Shown here piece by piece: positions 19,813 to 30,074 of a stretch of 64,000 bases of DNA. The notes under the pieces are model-generated. The model saw only the letters and a program-made list of their open reading frames with translations. It had not been told where the DNA came from and made no database searches. The stretch is from NCBI GenBank assembly GCA_963701075.1, contig OY969559.1, positions 448,001-512,000 of the forward strand. Reading direction: 5' to 3'. The stretch is from an uncultured Nitrososphaerota archaeon. Its GTDB lineage: Archaea > Thermoproteota > Nitrososphaeria > Nitrososphaerales > Nitrosopumilaceae. A program made the position numbers and the translations under genes. Within the stretch, counting starts at the first letter, position 1. Every line of letters starts with the position of its first letter.

Positions 19813-20493
19813 GTGACTGACTTTACAGGCGCCATGGGGTATTGTGAATTTCAGATACCGTTTTTCATAGAGGGTGTCAAGGCAGAGACTGTCCAGATGG
19901 CAGTAGGTACGCAATTCCATGAGCAGGCAGAGAAGATAGAGCGAGAGACTGCTGTTGTTATACCATTGACAAAGACAAAGCTGGAAGACAGACAAGCTGA
20001 TCTTAATTTCATTCGGGAAGATATACAGACTTTATTTTTTCAGGAGTTTGAGCTATCACGTGGCAGGGCCGCACTTGAGCTGCTTGGAAGAGCTGATAAG
20101 GTGATGCGCCACAAAGAGACCCTGATAATTTCTGATGACAAGCATACGTACAAGCCTGCCCGTCACGATTCCATGAAGGAGCCTTACGATAGCCAATTGC
20201 TCCAGGTACTAGCCTACCTTCATTCAAGATACTATCTGGGAGATTTGCTTGGCTGGGCTGAGATCCCACATACAAGAAAGATGTATCAGGTAAACATCAT
20301 TGACAGCAGGACCGGGTCAGTTTACAAGACGTATGAAAATGTTGTAGGAAAGAAAGATTCTGAGTTGCTTTTTGGCAATGCCTTGAAGTTTACCCAAAAG
20401 TGCTTGAATTTGGATGAGTTGGTGCATCATAATAGTAAAGCAAGGTGCAAGGCGTGTGGATATTTTGATGACTGTTCCAAGGCGCTTAGATGA
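19813..20493 (+). CDS. solo Cas4/AddB-like PD-(D/E)xK nuclease with Fe-S staple
   Basis: N-terminal C (YCEFQ), GTQFH, GRAD, DDK, QVLAY and C-terminal CKACGYFDDC. Confidence 0.82.
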   Translation: MTDFTGAMGYCEFQIPFFIEGVKAETVQMAVGTQFHEQAEKIERETAVVIPLTKTKLEDRQADLNFIREDIQTLFFQEFELSRGRAALELLGRADKVMRHKETLIISDDKHTYKPARHDSMKEPYDSQLLQVLAYLHSRYYLGDLLGWAEIPHTRKMYQVNIIDSRTGSVYKTYENVVGKKDSELLFGNALKFTQKCLNLDELVHHNSKARCKACGYFDDCSKALR

Positions 20494-20719
20494 CTAGGTA
20501 ATTTTTACGCTATAAAAAGTCATTAAAAAATTACTTTATGCATATTCGATGTAGTATAATTATCAAAAGAATTTCTTGGTTTGAATGTAAACCATTCATT
20601 GACATCATGTATGTCATCTAATGCTAGACCTAACCTATTCCAAATAATTCAGGATCATTTTTGTAGATTCCATACAAGCCAACTAATACGCCCTCATTGT
20701 GAAGGGAGTTATTAGCGGA

Positions 20720-20995
20720 TTCTTCCATCTGGCAACTTTTCCAGATACTATTTTATAAGACCCTCAAAGTTATGAGCAATAACTGTTGCCCAGCAGGAAG
20801 CGAGACTGCCAGAGGCAGTAACGTCTGCGAAAATAGACATACGGCAGCAGTTTTTCATCTTCTCTCATGAAGATCTGGAAAAGGCCCCAGATACTACCTT
20901 ATATCTTCGGGATACTATTAGTATTACAGGCGAAGTTTGCCCAGCAGGAAGCGAGACTGCCAGAGGCAGTAACGTCTGCGAAAATAGACATACGG
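20720..20995 (-). ncRNA. two tandem ~150-bp structured units downstream of a DUF3800-like gene (candidate ncRNA array)
   Basis: Identical 59-bp cores at 20786-20844 and 20937-20995 containing hairpin ACTGCC-AGA-GGCAGT; each unit also has ATCTGG-N8-CCAGATACTA..TTATA with a different loop. Confidence 0.6.
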
Positions 20996-21021
20996 TGAAC
21001 CTCGCCTTTGTTTTATGATAT

Positions 21022-21345
21022 TTAATCTCCAGAAATTGCTTTTCGTTCCCAATAATAGCACTTGGCATCTCGCTCTTTGGTTTCACCTTTCAATTTATTG
21101 TGAAATTCCCACGGAACCAGACTATCTCTTTTCTTGTTGATTATGCATTCTTTAATCATGCCGCAAATAATATCCGTGACCTGAATGGGTTCTGATTCAT
21201 GAGAGTCTTTTTCTGCATGTAATGGAGTATGTTCGCTTCCAGCAGACAATATTTTTACAAATTGCTTTATTATTTTATCTGGCGTCAAGGGCGAAAAATC
21301 TGCGTCGCAGTGTATTGGAACATCATTAGACAATCCAAAGAGTTT
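21022..21345 (-). pseudogene. DUF3800-like (RNase H fold) protein, C-terminal part only
   Basis: KDSHESEPIQVTDIICG has the DS...QxxD signature; the N-terminal DE motif is missing. Confidence 0.65.
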
Positions 21346-21588
21346 TTTCCTCCTCCTACAACAGAAATTTTTCAATTTGCAAGAGATTTGACTGCAGGAG
21401 ATTCACAAATAAAGAATATGGATGCATTGATAGCTTCTCATGCTTTAACTGATCCAAAATCAACACGACTGATTACTGGTGACAAAAATTTATTGAATTC
21501 CACAGCTGTGAGAAAAATAGAATCTGATCTTCAAGACGATGGTAAAAGAGAAATGGAATTGAGGATTACCGATGGATTAGGACACTAG
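21346..21588 (+). pseudogene. PIN/VapC-domain C-terminal fragment
   Basis: MDALIASHAL...LITGDKNL; the N-terminal DT/DS motif is missing. Confidence 0.6.
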
Positions 21589-21774
21589 TTTAGCAGACTT
21601 GAGATCTTTGAATACTTTTTTGATATAGTCAAGACTATAGTCACATTTTATACATTCAACATGCTTGACTAGCTCGTTTTCATTATCGAATCTGCTTTTC
21701 TGTTCTAAAATGGTACTTGCAATCTCTAACCAGTTTGTATCCCTAGATTTGACTAGATTTGTGAAATTCGTCAT
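21577..21774 (-). CDS. small hypothetical protein
   Basis: ORF track only. Confidence 0.3.
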   Translation of the reverse strand: MTNFTNLVKSRDTNWLEIASTILEQKSRFDNENELVKHVECIKCDYSLDYIKKVFKDLKSAKLVS

Positions 21775-21871
21775 TTAGATGCATTAAAACGGCTTGTTTT
21801 TCGAGTTAGTCAACAAAGCATTTGATTATAACCTGCAAACTTTATCCTAGTATCACGATCTGCCAATCTCC

Positions 21872-22057
21872 ATGCAGAGGTTAAAAATTGGAGACAAGGT
21901 TAAGACAATTCACAAAGGAAAGGAAGAAGCCCAGACTTACACGATCTTGGACATCCTTGAGGATTATGGTGGCAATTCATATTGGTTCAAGGGAGAATCT
22001 GGAAAAATGGTGCTAGAGAGTGAAACTCCTGAAACGGTTTTTGAGAGAGTTAACTAG
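21872..22057 (+). CDS. small SH3/KOW-like protein
   Basis: LKIGDKVK start, beta-rich. Confidence 0.5.
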   Translation: MQRLKIGDKVKTIHKGKEEAQTYTILDILEDYGGNSYWFKGESGKMVLESETPETVFERVN

Positions 22058-22121
22058 TTTATTCTGTGATGAGGTCAGACAACTCTCTTAGATTCTGTTG
22101 TTTGTGAATAAAAAATGCTGA

Positions 22122-23198
22122 TCAGAAGCTAATTTCCTTATACTCCAAGCCATCTTGAACAAGCAGTAATTTCAAATTCTCTGGTATTTTAGGAGCAACA
22201 AGGATGAATCTAGCATCTGTTCTTCCCATTTTATGCATGTAATCATTTTTGTAACCTAGCAGTTGCCTTTTTGCAGAAGTGGTAGCTGCTGGATATTTCA
22301 ATTCTACACCTACAGCTTGCCCAGACGAACTTCTACAGATAAAGTCAATTTTTCCAGTAGCTAATTCATATTCATTTTGTTCTAGTAAAAGTCCTTCCTC
22401 AATTTGGTTCAAGCTATTCATAATGAATTCATGGTATTCACGTTCTTTCTTTGTTCTGCCTTCCAATCTGTTTCTTAGCCAATCAGCGTTTTCTACATAA
22501 CTGTAGATCCACTCGTATTCAGGCAAAAGATAATAGCCTTCTATCTTTTTTTGTTCAATTAATCCATTCTCTAATAGTTTCTCTAGAAATCTAGAATACG
22601 ATGACATTGGTATGCCATGAGAAACCATTTGGTCTTCCTCTGCGTCAGGCGCCAATCCACCGTTTAGTAATTTTATCAGCTTACACTGCCAGTTTAACGT
22701 ATTTATTTTGGAGGTTTCAAATATGCTAGATAGCACCTCCATTCTTTCTGCTATTTCATCCACACCTAGCATACTCTCAATTCTTTGCCGCAATTTTTCA
22801 AACTCTTCTTTTGATACGCTATTTTCTGTAATGTGATTATTTGCAACTTGTACAATTTCTTCTGTTGCATTTTTTACCATGAGTTCTTTTGTTTTGTTTA
22901 AATCCTCTGTAGTGGTAGTACTGAATTTATTCATCTGCTCTTCCATGCCAGTTTTAAAAATAGTAAAATCGTTACAAAGTTTCTTAACATTTTCGTTTAA
23001 AGATGCCACTTCATTGAAATGAGGAGCAGAAACTTTGACGTTTGTAAGGTCTGATGACATTTGATTTAGATTTTCTTTAAGTTTTGAAACAGCTCTGCGT
23101 TGTATTCCATAGAAAATTACGCATATCACAATAGCTGCTATAATGGCCACAATAAATGCCGATGCAGCATCTATCTGAAGGTAATAGCTTCCAATCAA
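22122..23198 (-). CDS. membrane-anchored coiled-coil/wHTH protein with C-terminal NucS(EndoMS)-like PD-(D/E)xK nuclease
   Basis: N-terminal TM helix, coiled coil, then EREYH...EY...GKIDFIC...VELK...QLLGY. Confidence 0.75.
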   Translation of the reverse strand: MIGSYYLQIDAASAFIVAIIAAIVICVIFYGIQRRAVSKLKENLNQMSSDLTNVKVSAPHFNEVASLNENVKKLCNDFTIFKTGMEEQMNKFSTTTTEDLNKTKELMVKNATEEIVQVANNHITENSVSKEEFEKLRQRIESMLGVDEIAERMEVLSSIFETSKINTLNWQCKLIKLLNGGLAPDAEEDQMVSHGIPMSSYSRFLEKLLENGLIEQKKIEGYYLLPEYEWIYSYVENADWLRNRLEGRTKKEREYHEFIMNSLNQIEEGLLLEQNEYELATGKIDFICRSSSGQAVGVELKYPAATTSAKRQLLGYKNDYMHKMGRTDARFILVAPKIPENLKLLLVQDGLEYKEISF

Positions 23199-23349
23199 GT
23201 ACTTAGAATTTGTGAACAGGATAGATATTTTTTGTCCTTTAGTTAGTAGACAGACTAGGCATCTTTAGGGGTATCCATTGGATGGATCTGGGCTTGCCTT
23301 GAGATTTTACAGATACAAAAAGGATCTGTATTAAGAGACATGAATTTGA

Positions 23350-26300
23350 TCAATTTACTTTACGAATATCTTCTATTCTGGAGACTATACGATTAATCTC
23401 TTTTTGAGGGTCTTTCCACCAATTAGTGCTCCAAATCCTCTCTATCTTCCAACCTCTTCCTTCTAGAAATTCTTGGCGCATGACATCTCTTTCACGAGTA
23501 CTCTTAGCCGAATGAAAGTTTGCACCATCGCACTCTATTCCTAAAATGTATTTAGATGTGTCTTGCGGATGTACAACTGCCAAATCTATTCTATATCCTG
23601 AAAGCCCTACTTGAGTATCTATGGAATATCCATGTGAAACTAGTTTGTCATATACCATCTCCTCAAATTTACTGTCGAAAATCTTAAAACTGTCCGAAGT
23701 TCTGTTTGCACCATCACTTAGCGATAAGAGAATTTGCTCTTTTTTATCCTTGTTTGATTCGCTTACAGCTTTGGCATATTCTAGATATTCTTTGAGTCTT
23801 TGTCTTCCAGAATTTTTCTTCACGTCTGGCGTCATTCCAGATGGATCTATTGATGCAATCACAACAATTTCTTCCCTTGCACGAGTTACCGCCACATTTA
23901 GCCTGTTTTCCCCACCTTCTTGATTTAGGGTTCCAAAATTGTATCTGAATTTGCCTTCCACATCCTTTGCATATGCTATTGAAAATATTATGATATCTCG
24001 TTCATCTCCCTGTACGTTTTCAATGTTTTTTATAAATATCTCATCATCTTTTTTCTTGCTCAACGGATTCTTTGCTAAGCTGATATACTTGATCAAATTC
24101 TGGATCTTCAGATATTCTCTTATCAATTTCATCTTGAATTGCAATCTGTTGTTTTTCATTAAAGGTAATTACTCCAACCGATGGTGGGGGACTTCTTGTC
24201 ATGTTTTGCTGTAAAATGTTTTTTATCTCGTCTACTACTCTTACAGCTTCAACAGAATTGATGTTATTTTGCCAAGTGCCATTTACATTAATCCATCTTA
24301 TGGGAATTGTCTTTGGATTTCGAATTACATCTGGTGCAACTTGGAGTCTTCCTTCATAAAATGCGTGATTTGAAAAGTCTATGAGATCTTGTGATTTTGA
24401 TCTATAATGCCAATAGAGGGGTCTGAAGTTATAGAAACGCTTTGCCAAGATGAAAAGAGACTCTGAGCTTATTGGTTCGTCTTCATCTTGCTCGTCAGTT
24501 TCATTTTTCATTCTAAACAAGTCAAATGGACGGAGTTGCTTTTCATCTCCTGCAATTACAATTCGCTTCCCTCGATATAGACTTGGAATAGATTCTTCTA
24601 CAGGACATTGGCTTGCCTCATCGTATACAATCAGGTCAAAAAGACTCCTTTCAAGCGGGAATACTTCAGAAACTGCCTGTGGAGTCATAAGCCAACAAGG
24701 AGCTATTGAGAGCAAGATCTCCCTATACTCTTCAAATAACCTACGAAGAGGCTTTAGTTTTCGTTGTTTGCCTACATCTGAAGTAAATTTTGACCACTTG
24801 ATCTCTTCGGGACTCTTTCGTTTGTATTTTGGAATGGATCTGATCTTGAGCTGAAGCTCGGCAACAAGCTTTCTTTTCAATAGACCTCTCTTATTGAACA
24901 AAAGTTCCTTGAGTCTATTTTTTTGTTGAATATAGCTTTCAAAGGGATTTCCTTGCAGTATCGGATTTTCTTTTTGGATATAGTCTATCCAATGCGCGTA
25001 AACCTCATCTTTTACTAACTGTTCCCATGGTACATGATGAGTTGTAAAATCTGCCGCACACAATGAAATGATTGCCTTTTGAGTATCATTTAGATCTCTT
25101 ATCTTGCTGTCAAGGGCTTGAATATCCGTAATGTCATTCAATGTATTTTTTAATGCTAATACAAAATCTTTGATTCGTTCCAAGGATTCTGATTTTAGGC
25201 CATTTATGAAATCGTCTTTTAGCACAGATCTGAGTATCTCTAATCCATTTCGTAGTGATAATTCAGATTGAGTTTTTTCTGTTATCTGATCAAGATTTTC
25301 GTTTTTCTCAAGTTTTCTTTTCAATATCTCTTCTGTAAATTGTATAGACTTCTTTCTTTTCTTTATTAAATGAGCTAAAAAATCCGGTCTTAGTTTTTAG
25401 AATATGAATTGATGTATCTAATCTTGTTAATTTCTGCATGTTCATGTCAAACATTTCTTTTTCTGATAAACCAAGAAGTTTGTCAAGATTTTCTGAAAAT
25501 TGGCGTTGTTCTAATGATGAAAAATTAGATAGATCTTTTCTGGAAAACCACGGGTGATTTACTACACTGAACCTAATTGAGCTTTGTTGAATTAAAGGAA
25601 TTATTGATAGTAACTGATCCAACTCATTTATGGTTAGTTTATCTGCTATTCCCCTCAAATTCAATTTTGGAACATAGTTAGTGGTTATGGATACATAGAG
25701 CTGATGTATTGTTATGCCTCCAAAATATGGTTTTGATAATGCACGGACAAGACTTGATTGCTTTTCTACAAGTTTGTCTATATCGCCTGAGGTAAAATTG
25801 ACATCCATAGTATTTTGAATTGCTTCATGCCTTGAAACCTCAGATTCTAGAAATCTGCTCAGTCTTCGATAAAGTGTAGATTTGTCTCTGTTCGAGTCTT
25901 CAATTAATGAGATATAGTCTCCTAATCCCTCTTTTTCTAATCTTTGGGCCACGACATCAAGGGCAGCTCTTTTTTGACAGACTACAAGAACTCGCTGGTT
26001 TTTGCTTAATGCATTTGCGATCAAATTTGCAATGACTTGAGATTTTCCAGTTCCCGGAGGCCCTCTTACAACCGTACACTCTTGGGTTTGAGAGGCAAGA
26101 AGAACCTCGTCTTGACTTGAATCGCTTGGCAAGATTGTATTGAGGTCCCTGTCTGGAACCCTATCAAGATCTATCTCCTCTGCTTCTTTGCTTGACGATG
26201 AGTCCCATTGGTTTTCTTCGGATGATGTCTCTAGCAAATCATCGATGATTCCTTGTTCGTCATATCCGTTCAAGGCTTTGGCAATTAGTATGTCATAATC

Positions 26301-27098
26301 AGCAGATATTGCAGAGTTTCCCTGTTGAAATATTCCAAGTATAACACTATTTTTAATATGTAATCCATTTTTTTCTAGGTTTATCATGTCATCTTTTTTT
26401 ATTGATGTAAGTGATACAATTTTGTCTTGAAAATCTTTGTTATATCTAAAGCCAAATGAATCCAAAATCTCGTATAATCCCATTATGAATTTACTCTGAA
26501 AATCTGGCAAGTCTTCATCTAATATTTTTTCAAACAATTCTGTGAATTTATCTTCCAAATTTTCTAAAAACTCTGTATATCCTTTTGATTTTAAGAAACT
26601 AAAAAGAGCCTTGTTAACTGTTGGAGTTCTGTCCTGATCCTGATGTATGTACCAACCAGTTGGTTTTTTTGTTTTTTCTAATTCTAATGTGACAGGAAAT
26701 AATACCAATGGAGCTCGTATGTATGTCAGGTTATCATGCAAAAAGCCCTCAATGAATGGAAAACCCAAAAATAAAGTATACTGACCTGTTTCGTCTTGAA
26801 TAAAGTTTGTAGTTCTATAAAGCGTTCTTAGTTTTCCACTGTTTTTTATTGCTTCATCTGTAGGATCTGAACTTTTAACAATGCATACACTTTTCTTATT
26901 TTTTAAGAGTAATTCAAATAAATTTCCTGCTAAATCTTCAAAATTTTCAAGTGTTGCTAAATCAAATGACTTTCGTTCAATTATTTTTCTTAAAAAAATT
27001 GAAATGTCTCTTGCATCAACCTTTTCTGCCTTGTCTTTGAATTGTTTTAGTCGATAAGCGAGTTTTTGTCCATTTTTATCAGCAGATGTATTTTGCAA
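23350..27098 (-). CDS. DUF4011-SF1 helicase-Vsr/DUF559-like nuclease (Hhe-like defence protein), two apparent frameshifts
   Basis: LFLGFPF/APLVLFPV, GPPGTGKS, DEASQ, GDEKQL, HYRS, VQGDERD, RLNVAVTRAR, SKFEEMV...YRIDLAV...IECDG..FH...GWKIERIWS across three ORFs. Confidence 0.85.
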
Positions 27099-27318
27099 CT
27101 ATGTTACTATGAACCATAAAGATAATTACTTATCTCAAAAATTCATTTCAACGAGATTTTGATCTAACATTATATCTAAGATGTATAATTTCAAGATATA
27201 TTGCAGATCAGTCTAAATCCTCAACAGGTAGAGGCGGTAACTCATACAGGAAGCCCACTCCTAGTGACAATAGGACCTGAAAATGGTTAAGCATTTTTGA
27301 CATACTAGAGCTCTTTCT

Positions 27319-28355
27319 CTATTTTATACTGTCTTCAACAATTTTTTGTTCTGCTTCATCTAATCCATAAATTTTGAAAATTATGTCGTTAATTTCAGAT
27401 TCATTGTCTTTCATCTGAGCAATTATCTGTTCTCGTTCCTCTGTTTTCTTTTCTCCCAATTCATTGAGTTGCATTGCAAAAGAAACCTGTTTTCGTGATA
27501 GTTCACTGAGCAACTTTACTTGATTCTCTTCAGGAATTACTATAGGAAAGTTTTCAATAAATCGTTTGCCATAAGAATAAAATCCACTTTCAAAAGGCGT
27601 ACTAGTTTTTTTAAGATAAAATTCTAAAACTTTTGAATTCAATAAGGCTAGAATTACAGGATAATATTTCACATATTCCTCTTTTAATATGATTCCAAAA
27701 CCACCAGCATTTCCACCACCTACAAAATAGAATTTCCCGCTCTCATCTAATGCGAATGAATTGGTGGATGCCAATACTTGAGTTATTATTTTGGCTTGTT
27801 CAAATTGTTCCATGCTTCGTGCCCTTCTACATCTATACCAATTTGTATCATCTACTGCCTCACTTGTATCAGATGACATCAATTCTGTTTTATAATGAAC
27901 AAAATATTGATAAGCATAAGGATATTTTGTCTTAATCTTTTCAACTGGAATTAAAGAGTTTACACCATTTTGTTCTTCGTATGGATATATGGAATATGCA
28001 TTTTGCCAATCAATGTGCCATTTTCTTATTTCTTTACCTTTCAATAATTTTTTCAATATTCCCTTTTCTATTGTATGGCTTGATTTATCATGGTTATTTT
28101 CTACAATAACTAAATCTCCTTTATCTTCCTTAATTGTAACAAAAAATAATTTATCTCGACCTGTAAGGAGACCTTGAAAGATATCTTTTGAAATATCTAA
28201 TAATCTCAGTTTGATTTTTTCCAAATTGTTCATTAATTTATTACTGCCACCCGTAGTGAAATTCCAAGGATTATCCCCAGAAGGTAGATTCATCTTTGCA
28301 TGGCTGAATATATCTGGGGATAGAACCTTTGTTCTTTCTAATTTTTCTTTATTTT
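27319..28355 (-). pseudogene. displaced 3' part (TaqI-like specificity domain) of the type IIG R-M gene
   Basis: IFQGLLTG, LLKGKEI, LALLNSK, YGKRFIENFPI, IFKIYGL; joins 3870 in frame. Confidence 0.9.
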
Positions 28356-29229
28356 CAACTCATCCTAAAACCCTCCAATACATCATTATTCCAGTAATGT
28401 TAAGAAATGCCAGATAATTTTCTGCAATTCTCTCATATCTGATTCTAATTCTGTGGAATCCACATTTGAGCCATGCAAAGAATCTCTCCACCACGTATCT
28501 TGTCCTGTTGTAATTACTCTGACTTTTCTTATTGTTGTTATTTTTGAAATTTCTGGATGGAATGCAGTCCCTGATGTTTCTATTCTTTAGATACTCTCTA
28601 ATCTTTTTTGCATCATAACCCTTGTCTGCATATACAGCTACGATCTGTTCTATGGAATCATCATCAAGATATTCAGAGATGTTTTCCATCACATCGATGA
28701 GCTTTGTTGAATCATGCTCATTTGCAGGACCAATAATTATTGATACTGGAAGTGAATTGCAATCTACTGCAACATGTATTTTCGTGCCTGATATTCTTTT
28801 GAATCCGTCGTATCCTGTCACATCTCCCCTTTTTTGGCTGCAACAGTTGACGAATCAACCGATACCTTTTGCAGCTGTATCTTCCCTGAATGGTGTGCTG
28901 ATTTTATTGCATCAGATAAGATATTTTGCCAGATTCCTTTTTGCTGCCATTTCTGCAATCTGAGATGAGCAGTTGATTTTGAGCCGTATCTTTTTGGCAT
29001 CTCCTCCCACCTGCAGCCGGTAACCAGAATAAACATGATTCCATTTATTGTGGTACGGTCATCACACCTTGGTCTGCCTGTTCTGGCAGGCGATGGAAGG
29101 TGTTTTTGTATTGTTTCCCATTGTTTGTCTGAGATTTCTTGGAATTTCATGGAATCAGTGTGATTATTCCATCTGATAGATCCAGTGATCGTCAAAAATT
29201 TACTAAATGATCAGTTTTAGGATGAGTTG
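28356..29229 (-). mobile_element. IS5-family element, copy 2
   Basis: Same inverted repeats and ORFs (28360-29195); differs from copy 1 at GTC ACT versus GTA GCT. Confidence 0.95.
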
Positions 29230-29615
29230 GTTATACCATTAAGGTTTGCATTAAGTAAAACTGCATTAGCGAGGTTTGCACCATTGAGGTCTGCACCACT
29301 GAGGTTTGCACCAACAAAGTTTGTACCATTGAGGTTTGCATCACTTAGGTTTGCACCACTAAGATTTGCATCACTTAGGTTTGCACCACTGAGTTTTGCA
29401 CCACTAAGATTTGCACTACTGAGGTTTGCACCATTGAGGTCTGCACCACTGAGGTTTACGCCGATAAAATTACACCCATGCAGGTCAACGTTTGGGCCAC
29501 TTGCTGCACAACTCTCAGCAAAGGTATTCCTCATGGGATTGCCTTCTATGGCTAACCCTACTGCACAGATTGTTGCCACTCCTATAGCAATGTATACAAG
29601 CGTCTTTCTGGTCAT
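29230..29615 (-). pseudogene. secreted pentapeptide-repeat protein, 5' part, cut by IS5 copy 2
   Basis: Signal anchor plus A(N/D)LSG repeats seen as 15-bp tandem DNA repeats at about 29240-29460. Confidence 0.9.
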
Positions 29616-30074
29616 CTAAGATCAATAGGTGTACTGTCTGAGCCTATTTTAGTTGAGAAGGCAAATATCAAAAATGATAACAAAGTCATTGTTTTCAATC
29701 GTTTAAAAATCTAATACAAGATATCTTAGAGCTGTCTCTAATTCCTTTACGATCTTTTTGCTTTGAAGGTTTGATATAGTTAGAGACATAGGAAATTATT
29801 TGTTTTACAGAATATAACAAGTAGGACTGCATCGCACGGCACTGTATGCGGGTCGGATAAGAATTGACGAATTTTGATCTTGAAGAGAACTTGTTCTCAA
29901 ATGTGATATCTAACCGGTCTTGGAAGTCCGCAGGTAAATAATCTTGTTCCGTATTGTTGAAAAGTTAATCTTCTGGTGATATGACGCTACCATGTTGGGG
30001 TTGGGTTTAATCAAACAGTTGAAGAGTATGGAATTATTTCTGATACAATCATTTACAAACGTCTTGGGAGTGCT

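Noticed and set aside
20786-20995. CRISPR array next to Cas4
   Set aside because: Only two repeats, 59 bp long with a 92-bp partly conserved spacer, and no cas1/cas2 or leader; does not fit CRISPR.
16600-22100. Complete provirus
   Set aside because: No integrase, att-bearing tRNA, portal, capsid or tail gene recognised.
29240-29460. 15-bp tandem repeat as a non-coding array; antisense RFAPL ORF 29227-29619
   Set aside because: Fully explained by pentapeptide coding on the minus strand.
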